A stretch of 64,000 nucleotides of DNA, taken from the NCBI RefSeq assembly GCF_022837055.1, contig NC_062561.1, positions 616,715 through 680,714 of the forward strand, given 5' to 3'. Of this stretch, positions 46,040-56,775 are shown piece by piece. Both the position numbers and the translations under genes were made by a program. Numbering within the stretch: the stretch's first letter is position 1; the number at the start of each line of letters is the position of its first letter. The DNA comes from Prionailurus viverrinus (lineage: Eukaryota). The notes below the pieces were generated by a model. It saw nothing but the letters and a program-made list of their open reading frames with translations. It ran no database searches and was not told the DNA's origin.

Positions 46040-49000
46040 ACAGGAAGAGGCTGTCACACTGGCCCCACCCCCAGCCAGCGCACCACCTCCCCCCAGCCCT
46101 CCCATCAGCAGCGGCCAGCAAGCCCTCCCCACCACTGCCCCTCCCCCAGCCCTCCCACCACCTACCCCCAGGCCTCCCACCAGCAGGGGCAAGCAAGCCC
46201 TCCCCACCACTGCCCCCTCCCCCAGCAAGCCTACCCCCTCCCAGCCAGCCCACCTCCTCCCCTCCAGCCCTCCTACCACCTCCCTCCAGCCAGCCCACCA
46301 GTGCCAGCCAGCAAGCCCTCCCCACCACTGCCCCCACCCCCGGCCCTCCCACCAACTTCCCCCAGCCCTCCCACCACCTCCCCCCTACCCTCCCACCACC
46401 TGCCCCCCATCCAGCCCACCACCTCCCCCACAGCCAGCCCACCACCTCCCCCCAGCCCTCCCACGACCTCCCCCCCCCAGCCAGCCTACCACCTCCTCCC
46501 AGCCCTCCCACCACCTCCCGCCCAGCCAGCCCACCACCTCCCCCCCAACCCTCCCACCACCTCCCCCCCAGCCAGCCCACCACCTCCCCCCTCAGCCCTC
46601 CCACCACCTCCCTCCCAGCCAGCCTACCACCTCCCCCCCAGCCCGCCCACCACCTCCCCCCACAGCCAGCCCACCAATCCCCCCTCAGCCCTCCCACCAA
46701 CTCCCTCCCAGCCAGCCCACCACCTCCCCCCAGTTCTCCCACCACCTCCCCCCCAGCCAGCCCACCACCTTCCCCCTCAGCCCTCCCACCACCTCCCTCC
46801 CAGCCCGCCTACCACCTCCCCCCAGCCCGCCCACCACCTCCCCCCACAGCCAGCCCACCACCTCCCCCCTCAGCCCTCCCACCACCTCCCTCCCAGCCAG
46901 CCCACCACCTCCCCCCCAGCCCGCCCACCACCTCCCCCCACAGCCAGCCCACCACCTACCCCCTCAGCCCTCCCACCACCTCCCTCCCAGCCAGCCCACC
47001 ACCTCCCCCCAGTTCTCCCACCACCTCCCCCCAGCCCTCCCACCACCTCCCCCAGCCCTCCCACAACCTCCCCCCCAGCCAGCCCACCACCTCCCCCCAG
47101 TTCTCCCACCACCACCCCCCCCAGCCAGCCCACCACCTCCTCCCAGCCCTCCCACCACCTCCCCCACAGCCAGCCCACCACCTCCCCCCTCAGCCCTCCC
47201 ACCACCTCCCTCCCAGCCCGCTCACCACCTCCCCCCCAGCCCGCCCACCACCTCCCCCCACAGCCAGCCCACCACCTCCCCCCTCTGCCCTCCCACCACC
47301 TCCCTCCCAGCCAGCCCACCAGCCCCCCCCAGCCCGCCCACCACCTCCCCCCACAGCCAGCCCACCAATCCCCCCTCAGCCCTCCCACCAACTCCCTCCC
47401 AGCCAGCCCACCACCTCCCCCCAGTTCTCCCACCACCTCCCCCCCAGCCAGCCCACCACCTTCCCCCTCAGCCCTCCCACCACCTCCCTCCCAGCCAGCC
47501 CACCACCTCCCCCCAGCCCTCCCACGACCTCCCCCCCAGCCAGCCTACCACCTCCACCCAGCCCTCCCACGACCTCCCGCCCAGCGAGCCCACCACCTCC
47601 CCCCAACCCTCCCACCACCTCCCCCCCAGCAAGCCCACCACCTTCCCCTAGCCCTCCCACGACCTCCCCCCCACAGCCAGCCCACCACCTACCCCCTCAG
47701 CCCTCCCACCACCTCCCCCCACAGCCAGCCCACCACCTCCCCCCTCAGCCCTCCCAACACCTCCCTCCCAGCCAGCCCACCACCTCCCCCCCGTTCTCCC
47801 ACCACCTCCCCCCAGCCAGCCCACCACCTCCCCCCAGCCCTCCCACCACCTCCCCCCCAGCCAGCCTACCACCTCCTCCCAGCCCTCCCACCACCTCCCC
47901 CCCAGCCAGCCCACCACCTCCTCCCAGCCAGCCCACCACCTCCCCCCACAGCCAGCCCACCACCTCCCCCCTCAGCCCTCCCACCACCTCCCCCCAGCCA
48001 GCCCACCAGTGCCAGCCAGCAAGCCCTCCCCACCACTGCCCCCTCCCCCAGCCAGCCCACCACCTCCCCCCAGCCAGCCCACCACCTCCCCCCAGCCCTC
48101 CCACCACCTCCCCCCCAGCCAGCCCACCACCTCCTCCCAGCCCTCCCACCACCTCCCCCCCAGCCAGCCCACCACCTCCTCCCAGCCAGCCCACCACCTC
48201 CCCCCACAGCCAGCCCACCACCTCCCCCCTCAGCCCTCTCACCACCTCCCCCCAGCCAGCCCACCAGTGCCAGCCAGCAAGCCCTCCCCACCACTGCCCC
48301 CTCCCCCAGCCAGCCCACCACCTCCCCCCAGCCAGCCCACCACCTCCCCCCAGCCCTCCCACCACCTCCCCCCCAGCCAGCCCACCACCTCCTCCCAGCC
48401 CTCCCACCACCTCCCTCCCAGCCCTCCCACCACCTCCCCCCCAGCCAGCCCACCACCTCCCCCCTCAGCCCTCCCAGCACCTCCCTCCCAGCCAGCTCAC
48501 CACCTCCCCCCCAGCCCGCCCACCACCTCCCCCCACAGCCAGCCCACCACCTCCCCCCTCTGCCCTCCCACCACCTCCCTCCCAGCCAGCCCACCAGCCC
48601 CCCCCAGCCCGCCCACCACCTCCCCCCACAGCCAGCCCACCAATCCCCCCTCAGCCCTCCCACCAACTCCCTCCCAGCCAGCCCACCACCTCCCCCCAGT
48701 TCTCCCACTACCTCCCCCCCAGCCAGCCCACCACCTTCCCCCTCAGCCCTCCCACCACCTCCCTCCCAGCCAGCCCACCACCTCCCCCCAGCCGTCCCAC
48801 GACCTCCCCCCCAGCCAGCCTACCACCTCCTCCCAGCCCGCCCACAACCTCCCCCCCAGCCAGCCCACCACCTCCCCCCAGCCCTCCCACCACCTCCCCC
48901 CCAGCCAGCCCACCACCTCCTCCCAGCCCTCCCACCACCTCCCCCCCAGCCAGCCCACCACCTCCCCCCCAGCCAGCCCACCACCTCCCCCCACAGCCAG

Positions 49001-49500
49001 CCCACCACCTCCCCCCTCAGCCCTCCCACCACCTCCCCCCAGCCAGCCCACCAGTGCCAGCCAGCAAGCCCTCCCCACCACTGCCCCCTCCCCCAGCCAG
49101 CCCACCACCTCCCCCCAGCCAGCCCACCACCTCCCCCCAGCCCTCCCACCACCTCCCCCCCAGCCAGCCCACCACCTCCTCCCAGCCCTCCCACCACCTC
49201 CCTCCCAGCCCTCCCACCACCTCCCCCCCAGCCAGCCCACCACCTCCCCCCTCAGCCCTCCCACCACCTCCTCCCCAGCCGGCCCACCACCTCCCCCCAC
49301 AGCCCGCCCACCACCTCCCCCCACAGCCAGCCCACCACCTCCCCCCTCAGCCCTCCCACCACCTCCCCCCAGCCAGCCCACCAGTGCCAGCCAGCAAGCC
49401 CTCCCCACCACTGCCCCCTCCCCCAGCCAGCCCACCACCTCCCCCCAGCCCTCCTACCAGTGCCAGCCAGCAAGCCCTCCCCTTCTCTGACCTGCAGCTC
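46040..49500 (+). repeat. Large intronic C-rich tandem repeat array (minisatellite, about 3.4 kb; unit about 24 nt, dimer about 47 nt, with higher-order periodicity)
   Basis: About 140 copies of CCAGCC(A/C)GCCCACCACCTCCCCCC alternating with (T)CAGCCCTCCCACCACCTCCCTC. G and T are strongly depleted, so no stop codons occur in any + frame (ORF track: 1226, 1175 and 493 codon ORFs in the three + frames, and multiple Gly/Trp-rich ORFs on the minus strand). Punctuation motif gcccaccagtgccagccagcaagccctccccaccactgcccc recurs at about 46290, 48000, 48250, 49040, 49370, 49450. Lies inside the PARP4 intron between the exons at 44983-45107 and 55120-55251. Confidence 0.92.
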
Positions 49501-51871
49501 TCCAGGTAGCTGCTTATGAGTACAGGATACTTTCTCAGACCTGAGTGGACACAGAAGAGGAAGCAGGTGTGCAGTTTGGGATCCTGTGAAGAGAGGGATT
49601 CTTGGACAGCCCTTCTGCCCTGTGCACTCCATTTCCACCCTGCCTCCCCTGGCCCCCAGCCTCAGTGCAGCTCGCACAGTACCCTGACCCCCTACTAATC
49701 GCAGAGAAGGGTGTGGAAGAGGAGAAGAGTGAGGTTGGAAGCCTGAGCAAGTGACAATGGAGCAGGGGAAGGAGAGCCACTTGGGACTGGCATTTAAAGC
49801 CCTGGGCCGGGACGGGGTGGGGGTCAAAAGGTTAGGGCCTGGTCGGTATTCACTGTCACTGGTAGAGGTACCACTTGTGAGGGTGATCCCTAGGGGAGTG
49901 TGGAACCCCCCCCCCATTCTTACTGTTTCTCTTGGCTTCACTTTTGTCCCCCTCTCCCTGACTTGGTGCTCTAGTGCACCTCATTAGGGTTTGTGACCAG
50001 AGTTTGGATGAGTTTGAATTTGAATGAATTGAGTTTGTATTTCTAGCACCCAGGTTTTTACATGTTTGAGGTTTGGGGTTTTTTTAGGTTGTCATCCTTG
50101 ATAAAGGAAGTGTATCCATCAAAAAGAAAAAAAGAAATAGGGAGCTAAACCATGTGAACATCTGGGGGTTGCTCATTCCAGGTAGAGGCAACAGCACGTG
50201 CAAGGGCCCTGTGGTGGGAGCAAACCTGATATGGTCAGGGACATCAAGGAGGCCACTGTGGCTAGAGCAGAGTGGAAGGGGAAAGCATGGCAGCAGATTG
50301 GGTCAGAAAGGTGGTGTGGGGGTCAGTTCACGTCAGGATACAGGACAAGTTATTGTCCTTAATTCTGAGTAAAATGGAAGCCACTAGAAGATGTTTGGCA
50401 GAAGAGTGATATGATCTGACCTGTTTTATTAGGATCATACTAGCTGCCATGTTGAGAACAGTATGAAGAAGGTCAGTTAGGAGACATCTTAGGTCACGTG
50501 GTCTGGAAAACAGACTCCAGGTAAAAATTTGTTCTCAGGAAGCTTGTTGGGAAATGCTCCTGTAAGAGAGTGAGGGAATCAGGACGTGGCAAAAGGAGAC
50601 ATTGAGCCGTGACACCTCTAGCATATGATGCATATGAGTCCTCAGATGATCTCAGAGGGAGCTCCGAAGCTGGGATAGCCCCTCAGAGATATTCTGAATT
50701 GAGGCCGGGTGCCAAGCTTTGTGCTCACAGAGGCATCAGTCACTGGATGTGGCTGCCTGTGGAGAGGGGTCGTAATCTTGGGTGAGGCGGTCCACCTTTT
50801 GCTGAGTACCGTCTGGGGAAGGACTCAGCAGAGGACACTCCCAGCAGCCTTGGTCCTGAAAAGGACATCCGGGAGCATGTCATAGCACCAAACGTAGGTG
50901 ACCATTCAAGCGATTCGTTCAAGGATGACGGTTAACAATGGGGGTGGGTAAGAAATGATTTGGTCTGGCAAAGGATTGAAGGTAGAACCAGTAAGATTTG
51001 CTGATGGACGTGAACACTAGAGAAAGTCGAGTGTCAAGAACGAAGCCAAGGTTCTTGTCCTGAGCAACTAGAAGGACTGATCACGTTTGCACGTACTGAA
51101 GTGGGGAAGGTGGCAGGAGGGCAACTTGGGAGGACTATCAGGAAGCCATCCTCGGTCGTGTCACACGAGACGCTGATGTCCAGATGTAAAAGCTGAGCAG
51201 GAAGTTAGGCATTTGAGTCTAGAGTGCAGGGAAAAGTTAATTCCCAGCGGAGTCATAACTGGGGGAGTTGCCAGCACTCAGGTTCTGTTTAAAGTCCTGT
51301 GTCCCCTTTAGATCACCAAGAGAATAGGTAGGGAGGGAAGACCAACATGCCGTGGGTTGGGAGAGGAGGCTGGTCAGCAAAGGAGACAGAGAGGGAATGG
51401 CCAGTGAGACACCCGGGGGGCCTGGGTCTCCGGAAAGAATGATGATTCTGTCAAAGGCTGCTGACGGATCAGGTAGAGTCAAGGCCGAGACTTGACCTTT
51501 GGATTCAGCAATAAGGAGATCATCGACAATCTTGACAATTGCCTCTTTGATGGAGCAGTGGGTGTGAAAGCCTAATTAGAGTGAGTGCCAAAGAAAATGG
51601 GGGGAAAGAGGAGAGGAAATGAGACCGTGGCTGAAGAGAAGTGGAATCAGATTGGGTTCCTTTTTCTTTTAAGATGAGAGAAATCATGGCACGTGTGTGA
51701 GCCAGTGCACGAGAAAAACACTGATGATCCAGTAGAGGGAGTGTGAGATGTGTGTTCACACCCCCAGGCAGTAACTCAGTTCTGACACTGTCTGCCTGGA
51801 AATAGTGTCCAGTCCCACAGGTTAGTCCCGCAGGACTGCCCTCCTCCCCTGCTGTCACTTCAGAGGCTGGT

Positions 51872-51985
51872 CCCGGGTCCCACAGAGCCTGATGCGGGGC
51901 TCTAACTCAGGAATTGCGAGATCATGACCTGAGCCGAAGTCAGCCACTTAACTGACTGAGCCACCCAGGCGCCCCTCCAGAAGTC
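51872..51985 (-). mobile_element. Carnivore SINE, truncated, minus
   Basis: ggtcccacagagcctgatgcggggctctaactcaggaattgcgagatcatgacctgagccgaagtcagccacttaactgactgagccacccaggcgcccc. Confidence 0.85.
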
Positions 51986-52929
51986 ACCTCTCTAACATAA
52001 ACTCGGATGTGGTTGAAAGGGGTTTGTTATGAGTATGGAGATGCTCACATTGTTCTTCTCACTTGGGAGATGCTGAGGGCTGTGGGAGCTCTGTGCGAGA
52101 AACAGGCACGAAGACCGAATACGTATTTCTTGTTCTAAATCACAGTGGCACAGCGGGGAGTGGTACCCCTTCTGTAGCAGGGGCGAGGGGGAGAGGTAAT
52201 GCTCAAGTGCCGTGCTGGGCCGCAGCCAGAAGTTCACAGCTAGTGCCCCCAAGGTCATGGGACAGAAAGTCAAGCTCATGGGCACACATGCGGGTCAACT
52301 GCCAGTGTGCCGTGAAGGTTGTTTTCTAAGATTTGACCTCATCGTTGGCTCCTAACACTAAAAACTGCACTGAACGGCTATCAAGACCTCTTAGGAAGAT
52401 AAAAATATCTGAGTCTGGTATTGGGATATTCCTCTCTCTGCAGAGGGAAATCAGATTACCTGTCACGGTCACCTTAAACTGGGGAAATGGGTATGGCAGG
52501 TGGAGCGGGTGTGCTGTGTGTGATATTCGTACTAGTTTGCATACATCCGATCATTGCCTTCCGGCCGCTCTGATCCAAACCCTCATCCCAGAGGCGATTC
52601 AGGGAAATGTCATAGACTTTGTCTCTGTCCTGGTGTGGACTCCTTGTAAATGTTCTACTATATATTAATCTCTTTGGAGCCACGTAGGAGCTGTGACCCC
52701 ATGGTTACCACTTCCTATGAGTCAGGCCCTGGATTGAGTTTTTCACAGGCTGTATTTAATTCTCCCCAAAACTCTGTGAAGTGGCCGCTGTGATTATGCC
52801 CATTGTTTAGATGAGGGATCTGATGTGCGGAGATGTTAACTGTATGATAAAGCACAGATTTCAACGCAGATCATTGTGACTCGCGAGGCCAGCCTCCTCA
52901 ACCGGCGGTCTAGCGCAGAGAATCTGGAG

Positions 52930-53080
52930 TTCGAAAGACTTAGCTTCATATCCTCGCTCATTCTATTCTAGCTCTACGACCTTGAGGAAATTATTTAACT
53001 TCTTTGTGCCTCAGTTTCCTCATATGTAAAATTGTGAGGATTAAATATAATGAATGTAAAGTAGGGCATTTTTTCATAAG
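52930..53080 (+). mobile_element. MIR SINE
   Basis: cttgaggaaattatttaacttctttgtgcctcagtttcctcatatgtaaaattgtgaggattaaatataatgaatgtaaagtagggcat is the canonical MIR 3' core. Confidence 0.75.
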
Positions 53081-54149
53081 CAGTAGATACAAAACAAATG
53101 GTGATTATGTTAAAAGGAGAGTCATGTATACATTACTGTGGATTAGAAAACTTCTGCCATTTGACATTTTAAACCCGATGAAGATTTTTTCCATGGGGAA
53201 GTTTGCCCAAAAAATAACTCCTGATTTAGCAGTGAATTTTCCACTAATTTGTGATTAGACAGCCGGCCTGTAGGTTGACTTTGAATATCCAAACAGAGGC
53301 CCAAGAGCAGGGACTTGTATATTCATGGCTCACTTACTTGACTCTTAGAATGAGTTTAATGTTTTTAGTTTAGTAATAAAACTAAAATAGTAGTTTCATC
53401 TGAAGGAGGAAAATTAAGATGTCAAAAATTAGTACCACTGTATTTATTTCTCTTCTAAGACCTAGTAAAAATACTTTTATCATCATTATCAAATATTCCT
53501 TGCTTTCTGAGTGCCCAGTCATACAATTACAGAGAGAGTGAAGCTGCCATAGGCCTAACCCCTGGGAGCTCCCATGCGAAGACAGACCTGCTGACTAGAT
53601 GCAGGCAGGACATGCACAGAGGAGGATGAAAACATTAACCTAAACCAAAAGACAGTTAGACAGTGATCCTATCCATCAGTCACAGGCGGAGCGTAGGTGC
53701 CCTTGCGGGGTTTGGTAAAACTGGATATCCTAGAGACAGATGAAGAGAGTTCCATGCACGGGAGCGCGTGATAGCCTCCTGGTCAGCGATCTGTGTGACT
53801 CCTCTGCCGGGTGCTCTCTGACCTTCTACAATGGCTTGGAGTCACCAGACACCCAAGAAACTCTGGGATTCAATCCTTTGGGGCTATCTTGGGCCATGGC
53901 CAGTCCCCTGTTCCAGGGAGCTGCCTGGTGAGCAGATGGCTGCCACCAGCTGGTGAGGCCTTTGTTTGAAGCACCCTGGAGGGTGCGGACCTGCTGATTT
54001 GGAGAAAATCAAATTCTTTTTTAAATGGATGTGCCTTGAATTTTTTTCTCTGGTGTGGCACATTTTTTCTCTGGGGGCAGCCCAGTTTACTGTGAATCTG
54101 GTTGTGGACAGCTTTTTTGTATAAGTTCATAACCTTTATTCTTTTTTGT

Positions 54150-54348
54150 TTTGTTTTATTTGTTTATTTTGAGAGAGAAAGAGAGCAAGCAGGGGAGGGG
54201 CAGAGAGAGAGGGAGACAGAATCCCAAGCAGGCTCCGTGCTGTCAGCTCAGAGCCTGAAGAAGGGTTCGATCTCATGAACCATGAGATCATGACCTGAGT
54301 CTAGATCAAGACTCAGACATTTAACAGACTGAGCCACCCAGCCATCCC
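54150..54348 (-). mobile_element. Carnivore SINE, minus
   Basis: ttttgagagagaaagagagcaagcaggggaggggcagagagagagggagacagaatcccaagcaggctccgtgctgtcagctcagagcctgaagaagggttcgatctcatgaaccatgagatcatgacctgagtctagatcaagactcagacatttaacagactgagccacccagccatccc. Confidence 0.85.
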
Positions 54349-55119
54349 ACCTTTATTCTTTTTAATTTTTCATTTCACTCTCTTCCCAGAGGTTATTAAT
54401 GACAAATCGTTACATATTTTTTCCTCATTATTGCCACATGTTTAAATGTTACTGTTTATTATATGTCTAGGTGTTTTGTTTTGTTTTGTTAATTTTCAAA
54501 TGTTTAAAGACTGGCCTTTTCTTAAGCAAGGGAGTGATGTGATGAACACAGTCCATTTAGTAAAATTAATCTGATAGGAATAGGGACAGCATGTAGGAGT
54601 GGAAAAGAGTTGATTCAGGAGTCGTCTAGACAGGAAGAAATGAGCATGGATGAGAAAACCCATGGAGGGCTGTGCACAGAGAGGTAAAGGAAGAAGTGCC
54701 AAGACCTGAAAACAGGCCAGATATAAGAACCCTTCTGGAATAGTGTCTGGGCCCATGTGACACCAAGGAGAGATCAAGATCCACACATGAAGGGACATTG
54801 TGTTGCCGCCTTAATGGAAGTTGCATTGCTTCTGTTAAGCCATTGTTTACAATATTGTAATACTAGTGACTTTTATTCTAGCCATGTGTGTATGAATTTC
54901 CTAAAGATGTAGCTACTATGTTTTATAATGTAACATGGACTCTACACCATAACTGTAGAATGCTCTAGCCACTGAAGCCAGGATTGGGAGTTTGAGGGAC
55001 ATGATGCAAATTCAAGCAATTGAAAGAAAATATACATTGTAGTTTCCGTTAATAGTTGTTCCTGCAAATGTTGTTCCATATGGTTTCATCAAGTACATGG
55101 ATTTTTTGTTCTTCTTCAG

Positions 55120-55251
55120 GTCATTGTTTTTCAGACATACACAAATCAAAGTTCTGTGCCCATTGAGGCAAAATATATTTTTCCCTTGGATGATAAGGCA
55201 GCTGTCTGTGGTTTTGAAGCATTCATCAATGGGAAACACATAGTAGGAGAG
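55120..55251 (+). CDS. PARP4: PARP4 coding exon 15 (start of VIT domain)
   Basis: Acceptor tgttcttcttcag|G; donor ggagag|GTaagg. 132 nt, phase 0-0. Translates VIVFQTYTNQSSVPIEAKYIFPLDDKAAVCGFEAFINGKHIVGE. Human recalled: VIVFQTYTNKSHVPIEAKYIFPLDDKAAVCGFEAFINGKHIVGE. Confidence 0.93.
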
Positions 55252-56025
55252 GTAAGGGGAGAACATGCACTGCGATCGCTCTTTGGTTTCAAAGTAAGTT
55301 TCCCATTTACTCAAATGTTTCTCATCTGAGTCCCCATAGCTATAAGGTTGAGTAGCAACCTTGTCATAAGACAGAAATAATCTTTGAAGAACCAAGCACT
55401 TGGGCAGTTGGCTTCCTGGGACACATCCCTCCCTGATTAACTGGTTTCTGTTCCTGTCTGTCCAGTGTTCATCAGTCAGTGCCTTGCAAATTCTTTGCCT
55501 ATCACTTCAGAAAAGATCAATTTCAGTATCAAAAGTTTAAGAGAGGCACACAGGAAAATTGGTGAAGCCCTTATACAGTTTGGCAAACAATGACCCTCTG
55601 CACCCTGCTGTAACAGACAGACTGAGGTGATGGCTATTGTTGTAAGAAAGGGTGTACCAAAAGAAATAACAAGTGATACATTCTTTGTTTATTCTAAGGA
55701 TTAGCCCACAATTGCAATAGCTGGTATTTTATTAAATTTAAGATTTAACTTATTATTTTTGTTCAACATAAAATCCCAATCAAATATTTTTTTCACTATT
55801 GACTGTGAAATATTTTGGTCCCAACATCATCATTTTGGCCTTTTAATATTCAAATTCTTATTAGGTAATTACATTTTAATGACCACTTTATATAGGTTTC
55901 ATTTCACCTTAGACGCTTAGTTTTCTGGTTTTGCATAGGTTTTAATAAATATTGATGAAGTTTTTCTTGTTAAAGTCTGAAATCACTATTCATGTTATGA
56001 CTGGCTTGAAAATAATCTTTTCCAG

Positions 56026-56112
56026 GTTAAAGAGAAGGAAGCAGCCCACCGTGAATACCGAGAAGCCATCAGTCAAGGCCATGGCGCTTACTTGATGGAC
56101 CAGGATGCACCC
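56026..56112 (+). CDS. PARP4: PARP4 coding exon 16 (VIT domain)
   Basis: Acceptor aatcttttccag|G; donor gcaccc|GTaggg. 87 nt, phase 0-0. Translates VKEKEAAHREYREAISQGHGAYLMDQDAP. Human recalled: IKEKEEAQQEYLEAVTQGHGAYLMSQDAP. Confidence 0.92.
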
Positions 56113-56433
56113 GTAGGGCTTGATATTCATGCATTCCTCTAACATACTTACCAGAAGGGAGAAAGAGTTGGAATAGGACTTGAAACATGAAATTCATAGT
56201 AGAAACTGGGATAATTTATGCTGTTTTAGGCCTAGAGTTTAACTTGCCGTTAGTGAGGGGAGGTCAAGCTGGTCAGAACCATTTGGCTTACCTGAATGTG
56301 GGAGGAAACGGTGTCAGAATTGCCAAACAAGTAAGAACAGCTACTTCTGTCCTTGGGAACAGAGTTTCCCAGAAGTGACAATGAAAAGACATTTGGGTTA
56401 TGTAATCTTCATTTTCTGGTAAAAGAGTGTAAT

Positions 56434-56775
56434 ATACAGTTGACCATTGAACAACACAGGTTTGAACTGCATAGATGCACTTTTAGGCAGATTTTTTTGT
56501 ATAAATACAGTACAGCCTTGTAAATTTATTTTGTCTTCCTTATGATTTTCTTAGGAACGGTTTCTTTTCTCCAACTTACTTCATTGTAAGATTATAGTAT
56601 ATAACATATAGCATGCAAAACATGTGGTAATTGACTGTTTATGTTATCAGTAAGGCTTCCAGTCAGCAATAGGCTATTAGTAGTTAAATCTTTAGGGAGC
56701 AAAAGTTATAAGCAGATTTTTGGCTGTATGGGGATCAGTACCCTTAACCCCCATGTTGTTCAAGGGTCCACTGTA
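56434..56775. mobile_element. Non-autonomous DNA transposon (MITE-like) bounded by about 20-bp terminal inverted repeats
   Basis: Left end cagttgaccattgaacaacacaggtttgaactgcatag...; right end ...cccccatgttgttcaagggtccactgtatatgcattttt. The termini are reverse complements (CAGTTGACC.TTGAACAAC / GTTGTTCAAGGGTC.ACTG). The internal sequence matches a common mammalian DNA-transposon relic as I recall it. Confidence 0.65.

Noticed and set aside
45839-49519. 1226-aa, 1175-aa and 493-aa proline/histidine-rich ORFs on the + strand, considered as a giant proline-rich protein gene
   Set aside because: All three frames are open simultaneously purely because the tandem array lacks T-purine dinucleotide contexts. 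The unit length (24 nt) is a multiple of 3. The segment is inside a PARP4 intron with no start context and no splice-consistent joins to flanking exons. It is low-complexity tandem DNA, not a coding sequence
45855-49941. Multiple minus-strand Gly/Trp/Arg-rich ORFs (up to 296 aa) across the same array
   Set aside because: Reverse-complement of the same C-rich minisatellite; compositional artefact, overlapping each other in different frames
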